Below, in pieces: positions 59,710 to 64,000 of a stretch of DNA of 64,000 bases; the stretch's first letter is position 1, and each line of letters begins with the position of its first letter. The notes under the pieces are model-generated. The model worked only from the letters and a program-made list of their open reading frames with translations. It was not told the origin of the DNA and made no database searches. The stretch is from a virus. The position numbers were made by a program, and so were the translations under genes. The stretch covers positions 37,662 through 101,661 of the IMG/VR virus record IMGVR_UViG_3300007609_001079; one strand, written 5' to 3'.

Positions 59710-60756
59710 TTATATTATTTTATAATCTATAAAGTTGATAATATCTTTTATGGAATTTTTTAATCGGGTTGTTCGCAATGTAGTTATACCATTCTCCAAA
59801 TATATAATTATTTCTTTCTTTTCATCCGATGATAGATTTTTTATTGAATATTTTTTAGGATATGTTACAAAGTTATCAATGTGAAGTTCATTTTCATTAT
59901 TTATCAAATTTAATTTAAATAATTGTTCTATAAATTCATATATATCTTTTACATTATATGTTCCAATTGTATAAGAGATGTGCGTTTTTATATTATTATC
60001 ATGTAACGTTTTAATATTCTTTATAAGTGTGTTTGTATTTAATCCAACTCGTATAGCTTCACCCTTTTCATATAAACCATCTAAACTTACCTGTACAAGA
60101 ACTTCTTTAAATTCTTTCCATAATAAAAATAAATCATTCATTTCATATTTTATTACGGATAAATTTGTATTATATATTATTGATATATTGTTATTGTGTT
60201 TATGTAAAAAATTTAAAATTTCAAAATGTTCTTTGGTAATTAATGGCTCTCCACCTGCAAAGTATATGTGCTTTATGTTTTTTATATATGGAATCAACTC
60301 ATCTACAAACCCATCCTTTATATTTACTACTTTACTTATTCCAAGTTCTTTATGGTTATTTGTATAGTGCATGGATGAATATTCATGATTACACATTATA
60401 CATTTAAAGTTACATAGGTTTGAAAATCTAACATCTATATACTCAAAGTTAGGAGTTATATATCCGTTGGCATCCATATCATATTCAGATGATAATTGTT
60501 TTTTCCAATTCTCTCGTAGTGATTCTATACCAACTCGTTCGGTATCCCAACATATGTTACATAGTTTATTTTGAACACCGTTTGTTAAATCTAATCTAAG
60601 TTGTCTAAATTCTTTACTATTGTAAGCTTCTTCTATTGTTTGGTTTTTTAAGCTAATTGGATTTTTAAAATATCCCGAAATACAACACGCTTTTAATGTA
60701 CCATCCGTGTGTGTATATAGGTGTTTAAATGGTAATGGACAGAATACATCTTTCAT
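59710..60756 (-). CDS. Radical SAM enzyme with SPASM/twitch-like N-terminal domain
   Basis: CPLPF...ACC...CNICW; CNFKCIMC; FAGGEPL; paralogue of 42374..44137. Confidence 0.88.
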   Translation of the reverse strand: MKDVFCPLPFKHLYTHTDGTLKACCISGYFKNPISLKNQTIEEAYNSKEFRQLRLDLTNGVQNKLCNICWDTERVGIESLRENWKKQLSSEYDMDANGYITPNFEYIDVRFSNLCNFKCIMCNHEYSSMHYTNNHKELGISKVVNIKDGFVDELIPYIKNIKHIYFAGGEPLITKEHFEILNFLHKHNNNISIIYNTNLSVIKYEMNDLFLLWKEFKEVLVQVSLDGLYEKGEAIRVGLNTNTLIKNIKTLHDNNIKTHISYTIGTYNVKDIYEFIEQLFKLNLINNENELHIDNFVTYPKKYSIKNLSSDEKKEIIIYLENGITTLRTTRLKNSIKDIINFIDYKII

Positions 60757-61214
60757 TACATTCCACCGAATTCATCATCATAGAAACAAACTTTAACACC
60801 TGCTTCATCAAACATCTCCCAACTACGTTCTGCGGATTCAACCCATTTGATTCCTTGAGCCCCACCACCTTTTTCACAAAAGATACGAACAATCCCCGCA
60901 TTTATGATTCCTCGTGCACAATCTGAACAAGGAACTCCACATGAAAGGTACATGGTTGTTCCTTTAGTTGATACTCCTATTCTTGCTGCATTGTAGATTG
61001 CATTTCTTTCAGCGTGTTCAAACCAATAATACTTTTCTGGTCTTTCTTGTCTTTTCAATACATCATCGTTTATACCACGAGGAAATGAGTTATAACCAGT
61101 TGAGATGATTTCTTTATCTTTACCAACAATCACTACACCGATTTGTGTATTGTTATCTTTCGATTTTTTCTTAATCGTGTGTGCAAGTTCCCTAAAGTAT
61201 TCTACCCATCTCAT
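60756..61214 (-). CDS. dCMP deaminase
   Basis: STGYN, HAERNA, PCSDC; start adjusted to MRWVEY. Confidence 0.9.
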   Translation of the reverse strand: MRWVEYFRELAHTIKKKSKDNNTQIGVVIVGKDKEIISTGYNSFPRGINDDVLKRQERPEKYYWFEHAERNAIYNAARIGVSTKGTTMYLSCGVPCSDCARGIINAGIVRIFCEKGGGAQGIKWVESAERSWEMFDEAGVKVCFYDDEFGGM

Positions 61215-61225
61215 ATTATTAATTT

Positions 61226-61459
61226 TTATTTTATATCTTCCCATGAAATTTCTTCTATCTCATCACAGAAGATGTAGTTACCATTTCTATTATCTTTAAA
61301 AGCACTATCTACCCCTAACCAATCTTTAATGGCAGGTGCATCTAATACTCTAACTATTGGATAAACGGCATGAACCATATATGGGGTATTATTAATATAC
61401 TGAATATATCTTTTATGGATTGGTAATCTACTCATCCTCATCTTCGTAATTGATACCAT
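61226..61459 (-). CDS. Hypothetical protein
   Basis: ORF in operon; true start probably about 61435-61441. Confidence 0.55.
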   Translation of the reverse strand: MVSITKMRMSRLPIHKRYIQYINNTPYMVHAVYPIVRVLDAPAIKDWLGVDSAFKDNRNGNYIFCDEIEEISWEDIK

Positions 61460-61634
61460 TGATTAATTCCAAGTAGCCAGAACGTAGTATTATAAATAAC
61501 ATTACACTTCCCCAACATTCCATAAAAGAAAAATGGTGATATGGATTAATCCAAACACCAAGAAAATATAATACAAGTGTTATTACTACAAACACCAATA
61601 CTCCACTTAACCAATCTATAAAACTATCACTCAT
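61428..61634 (-). CDS. Small two-TM membrane protein
   Basis: Two hydrophobic stretches. Confidence 0.55.
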   Translation of the reverse strand: MSDSFIDWLSGVLVFVVITLVLYFLGVWINPYHHFSFMECWGSVMLFIILRSGYLELINGINYEDEDE

Positions 61635-61652
61635 ATTATTTAATTTAAGTTG

Positions 61653-61726
61653 CGGTCTGGACGAGACTCGAACTCGCGACCCCCTGCGTGACAGGCAGGT
61701 ATTCTAACCAACTGAACTACCAGACC
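61653..61726 (-). tRNA. tRNA-Asp(GTC)
   Basis: GGTCTGG acceptor; anticodon arm CCTGC-CTGTCAC-GCAGG; TTCGAG T-loop; CCA not encoded. Confidence 0.95.
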
Positions 61727-61733
61727 AATATTG

Positions 61734-61818
61734 CGGAAGATGAGGGATTCGAACCCCCGGACCTGTTACAGTCAACAGTTTTCAAGACTGCCGCATTCGA
61801 CCACTCTGCCAATCTTCC
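61734..61818 (-). tRNA. tRNA-Ser(TGA)
   Basis: GGAAGAT acceptor; GCAGT-CTTGAAA-ACTGT; long variable arm; G discriminator. Confidence 0.95.
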
Positions 61819-61822
61819 TTTG

Positions 61823-61896
61823 AGCCTCCAACCGGATTCGAACCGATGACCTGCTGAGTACAAATCAGCTGCTCTAGCCAACTGAGCTATGGAGGC
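61823..61896 (-). tRNA. tRNA-Thr(TGT)
   Basis: GCCTCCA acceptor; GCTGA-TTTGTAC-TCAGC; TTCGAAT T-loop. Confidence 0.93.
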
Positions 61897-61946
61897 AATA
61901 AAATGAGATTGTATCGTTACCTATCATACAAAATCCCACGATTATT

Positions 61947-62300
61947 TTATTGATTCATTCTATATGTGTATGAATCTTTTTCAACTTTTTCTATTCTTTT
62001 TAATATCTCTTCATTCGTAGGAGGAATTTCAGAACGAAGTTTATCTACCGATTTAATAATTTGATTTGTCAATCTATCAAATCTTGATTGGGATGTGGAT
62101 TTAATATCACTTTCCGTTTCTCTTAATAGTTGATGCAAATCTGTCAATTCAATTTTTAACTTTTGAAAATCAGAACGAATGTAATTAAACACATGTTGAT
62201 TTTGTTCATATCTTTCTTGTAATTTAGTTTTTAATTTCCAAACTACAATTGATAAAATAATTACCGATACCGATAATAATACTATTGCTAATGTAACCAT
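61947..62300 (-). CDS. Membrane-anchored coiled-coil protein
   Basis: Start adjusted to MVTLAIVLL (the track ORF extends over tRNA-Glu); N-terminal TM helix. Confidence 0.65.
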   Translation of the reverse strand: MVTLAIVLLSVSVIILSIVVWKLKTKLQERYEQNQHVFNYIRSDFQKLKIELTDLHQLLRETESDIKSTSQSRFDRLTNQIIKSVDKLRSEIPPTNEEILKRIEKVEKDSYTYRMNQ

Positions 62301-62315
62301 AATAAATAATTTTTG

Positions 62316-62387
62316 TAGCCCGTAGGAGAATCGAACTCCTCTCTCGTCCGTGAAAGGGACGTGTCCTAACCGATAGACGAACGGGCC
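62316..62387 (-). tRNA. tRNA-Glu(TTC)
   Basis: GGCCCGT acceptor; CGTCC-CTTTCAC-GGACG; TTCGATT T-loop. Confidence 0.93.
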
Positions 62388-62491
62388 ATAATGAGTAAAG
62401 ATATCTAATAACACTAAGTGGGTGGTTTTATTCCCATCTTCAACCTTTACTTGTATATAAATATATACCTTACAAAGATACGAAAATTAAT

Positions 62492-62653
62492 TTAATCTTC
62501 TAAATCTTTTTCCCAATTTTTATATTTGGGTCTTTTGTAATCTTTTTTACTCTTATGTACCTTCTCGGTCATCTTCTTTCCAATATGGTGGGATACCTCA
62601 CCATGAGTCATATCATCCCAATCCACTTTTTCTTTGTATCTATTCTTTGCCAT
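62492..62653 (-). CDS. Small basic hypothetical protein
   Basis: Start adjusted to MAKNRY; HKSKKDYKRPK tail. Confidence 0.55.
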   Translation of the reverse strand: MAKNRYKEKVDWDDMTHGEVSHHIGKKMTEKVHKSKKDYKRPKYKNWEKDLED

Positions 62654-62658
62654 TATTT

Positions 62659-62790
62659 CTAATCTAAAACTTCCCACGTAAATGGTTCTCGGTTACGTTG
62701 GTACTGATTCATAGACCACTCCAAATCATCAGTAGTAATTTCTAGCGTATCAGTACTACCATCTAAGTATGTTAATTTTATTTTATACAT
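62659..62790 (-). CDS. Small hypothetical protein (43 aa), absent from the ORF track
   Basis: MYKIKLTYLDGSTDTLEITTDDLEWSMNQYQRNREPFTWEVLD. Confidence 0.6.
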   Translation of the reverse strand: MYKIKLTYLDGSTDTLEITTDDLEWSMNQYQRNREPFTWEVLD

Positions 62791-62813
62791 AATCTTATGT
62801 GTTATCTATTTTA

Positions 62814-63437
62814 TTAAAACCCTTCGTATTCTTCCGGGTTATCAATTCTATCTTGTAGGTATTCTAAATAAACCACTTCTAACTCTTTTGTTAATTTATG
62901 AAGTCCATCGTGATAGTTTTCTAAGTAGAAATCATCTTCATCATATTCATCCCAATCAAATGGTTCATCATAATCTTCCATATCATCATAGTCAAACTTT
63001 CCATAAACGAAAGAACCACATGGGTCATAAGATTCATCTTCATAATCACCATAGAAGTAACATTCAGGGTCAATCTTCTGAAGTTCGTTTCTCAATACAT
63101 TCAAAAATGCAGTAGGTACTGACCACGCAGTTCTCAAAACAATGTTACACATTTTTGGTTCATCATCCACGTGTTCATATTCTACATACAACCATTTTGG
63201 CCCAATCATTTCTTCCCACAACTCATCTGAAGGGAAATCCACATCTTTATCCCAATCTTCTTTTGTGGTTTCATTAGAGTAAGAATAATCAGTTCCTTTG
63301 ATATTGTTGATAATATCCAATGCACTTGGTTCATACTTTCCATCAACTTTTTCAAACTTGAATATTTCTTGTAATCTTGTTGCTACTCGTGGTTCATCTG
63401 ATACCACATTCACAAAGGTTCTCATTTCGTTTGCCAT
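62814..63437 (-). CDS. Acidic hypothetical protein (DUF1281/YubB-like TAW motif)
   Basis: GPKW...LRTAWSVP...YEDE pattern. Confidence 0.45.
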   Translation of the reverse strand: MANEMRTFVNVVSDEPRVATRLQEIFKFEKVDGKYEPSALDIINNIKGTDYSYSNETTKEDWDKDVDFPSDELWEEMIGPKWLYVEYEHVDDEPKMCNIVLRTAWSVPTAFLNVLRNELQKIDPECYFYGDYEDESYDPCGSFVYGKFDYDDMEDYDEPFDWDEYDEDDFYLENYHDGLHKLTKELEVVYLEYLQDRIDNPEEYEGF

Positions 63438-63441
63438 AACT

Positions 63442-63594
63442 TTAACTTATTTCGTTTATTTCATCCCACAATTTTGCAATTGCGTTTCTAATGTTTTCTA
63501 TTGGTTCTCCTTTATCTTCTAACTCATCTACTAATTCCTCGATATCATCTAATTTCATTTCGATTAGTTGAAATATGTTTTCAATCGCTGTCAT
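63442..63594 (-). CDS. Small acidic hypothetical protein (50 aa)
   Basis: MTAIENIFQLIEMKLDDIEELVDELEDK... Confidence 0.55.
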   Translation of the reverse strand: MTAIENIFQLIEMKLDDIEELVDELEDKGEPIENIRNAIAKLWDEINEIS

Positions 63595-63597
63595 AAC

Positions 63598-63708
63598 TTA
63601 TTGGGTTTCTTTTATTTTATCCATTAAGGTTAAGATTTCTTCTTTCATATATTTGGTATGAACACCACTTATATAATTTAGTTCTTTTAAGATTTCTTCG
63701 GTACTCAT
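63598..63708 (-). CDS. Small hypothetical protein (36 aa)
   Basis: MSTEEILKELNYISGVHTKYMKEEILTLMDKIKETQ. Confidence 0.5.
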   Translation of the reverse strand: MSTEEILKELNYISGVHTKYMKEEILTLMDKIKETQ

Positions 63709-63711
63709 AAC

Positions 63712-63966
63712 TTATACTGTTTTATACAATTCACCATCTACGTAGATACGATACTCATCTACTACATTTCCATATCCATTTGGATTACCAATGGAATACA
63801 AATCTACATCAGTTTCAGGTACGATTTCCATTAGGGCATCATAGATTTGAGAATCATCTTGAGCGGATTGAATATCATTGTAAAGTGTTTCATCAAAGTA
63901 ACCTTCACCAATAACATGAGTAGTTCCATACCCATCATCCATTAATCGTTGAACTTTTAATTTCAT
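63712..63966 (-). CDS. Hypothetical protein
   Basis: ORF track; acidic. Confidence 0.6.
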   Translation of the reverse strand: MKLKVQRLMDDGYGTTHVIGEGYFDETLYNDIQSAQDDSQIYDALMEIVPETDVDLYSIGNPNGYGNVVDEYRIYVDGELYKTV

Positions 63967-64000
63967 TTTAATAATCGTTTAGTTCTTCTAAATCTACTTC

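Noticed and set aside
62301-62414. N-terminal extension of ORF 61947..62414
   Set aside because: It overlaps tRNA-Glu on the same strand; MVTLAIV at 62300 is the plausible start.
8393-62463. Reading plus-strand TATAAATA as T4-style late promoters firing rightwards
   Set aside because: The sites are positioned upstream of minus-strand starts, and the one plus-strand gene uses TATTTATA.
692-63522. The many plus-strand ORFs in the six-frame track
   Set aside because: They are antisense shadows of long minus-strand genes, with no recognisable motifs or promoters. Only the unlisted 8457..8615 ORF has independent support.
1-64000. Stop-codon reassignment
   Set aside because: Standard-code ORFs are long and tightly packed; TAG and TGA end genes at natural domain boundaries; no suppressor tRNA seen.
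1-64000. CRISPR array, DGR, integrase/transposase, intron or intein
   Set aside because: No regularly spaced repeat-spacer units, reverse transcriptase, recombinase or splice-junction motifs were noticed by eye.

Overview
A 64 kb segment of a large, AT-rich, T4-like (contractile-tail) bacteriophage genome using the standard genetic code. Almost every gene lies on the minus strand. The host is most likely Bacteroidota (Flavobacteria-like), inferred from repeated -33 TTTG / -7 TAnnTTTG promoters, BACON-like repeats and lipoproteins with acidic export signals. The window holds a tail-fibre/baseplate block (about 0.2-8.4 kb and 16-34 kb), replication/repair genes (fused SbcD-SbcC, primase, SF2 helicase, UvsE), a gp55-like late sigma factor, auxiliary genes (MetK, peptide deformylase, PhoH, Hsp20, dCMP deaminase, nucleotidase, a compact ArgRS) and four tRNAs. 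Most interesting signals: (1) about ten dispersed accessory proteins, mostly tailoring enzymes (radical SAM, 2OG-Fe(II), sulfotransferase, methyltransferase, SGNH, GT-like), share a C-terminal K/N-rich + two-aliphatic-residue tail such as KTLL, KSIL, KTII or NKII, which looks like a common addressing tag; (2) a minimal ArgRS in a direct-repeat-bounded cassette behind a 14-aa leader peptide ending AGG-CGG-ATT-AGA; (3) a late promoter TATTTATA and Shine-Dalgarno sequences largely confined to structural genes; (4) a single unannotated plus-strand ribbon-helix-helix gene at a back-to-back late promoter. All product calls come from motif recognition by eye; no database search was run.
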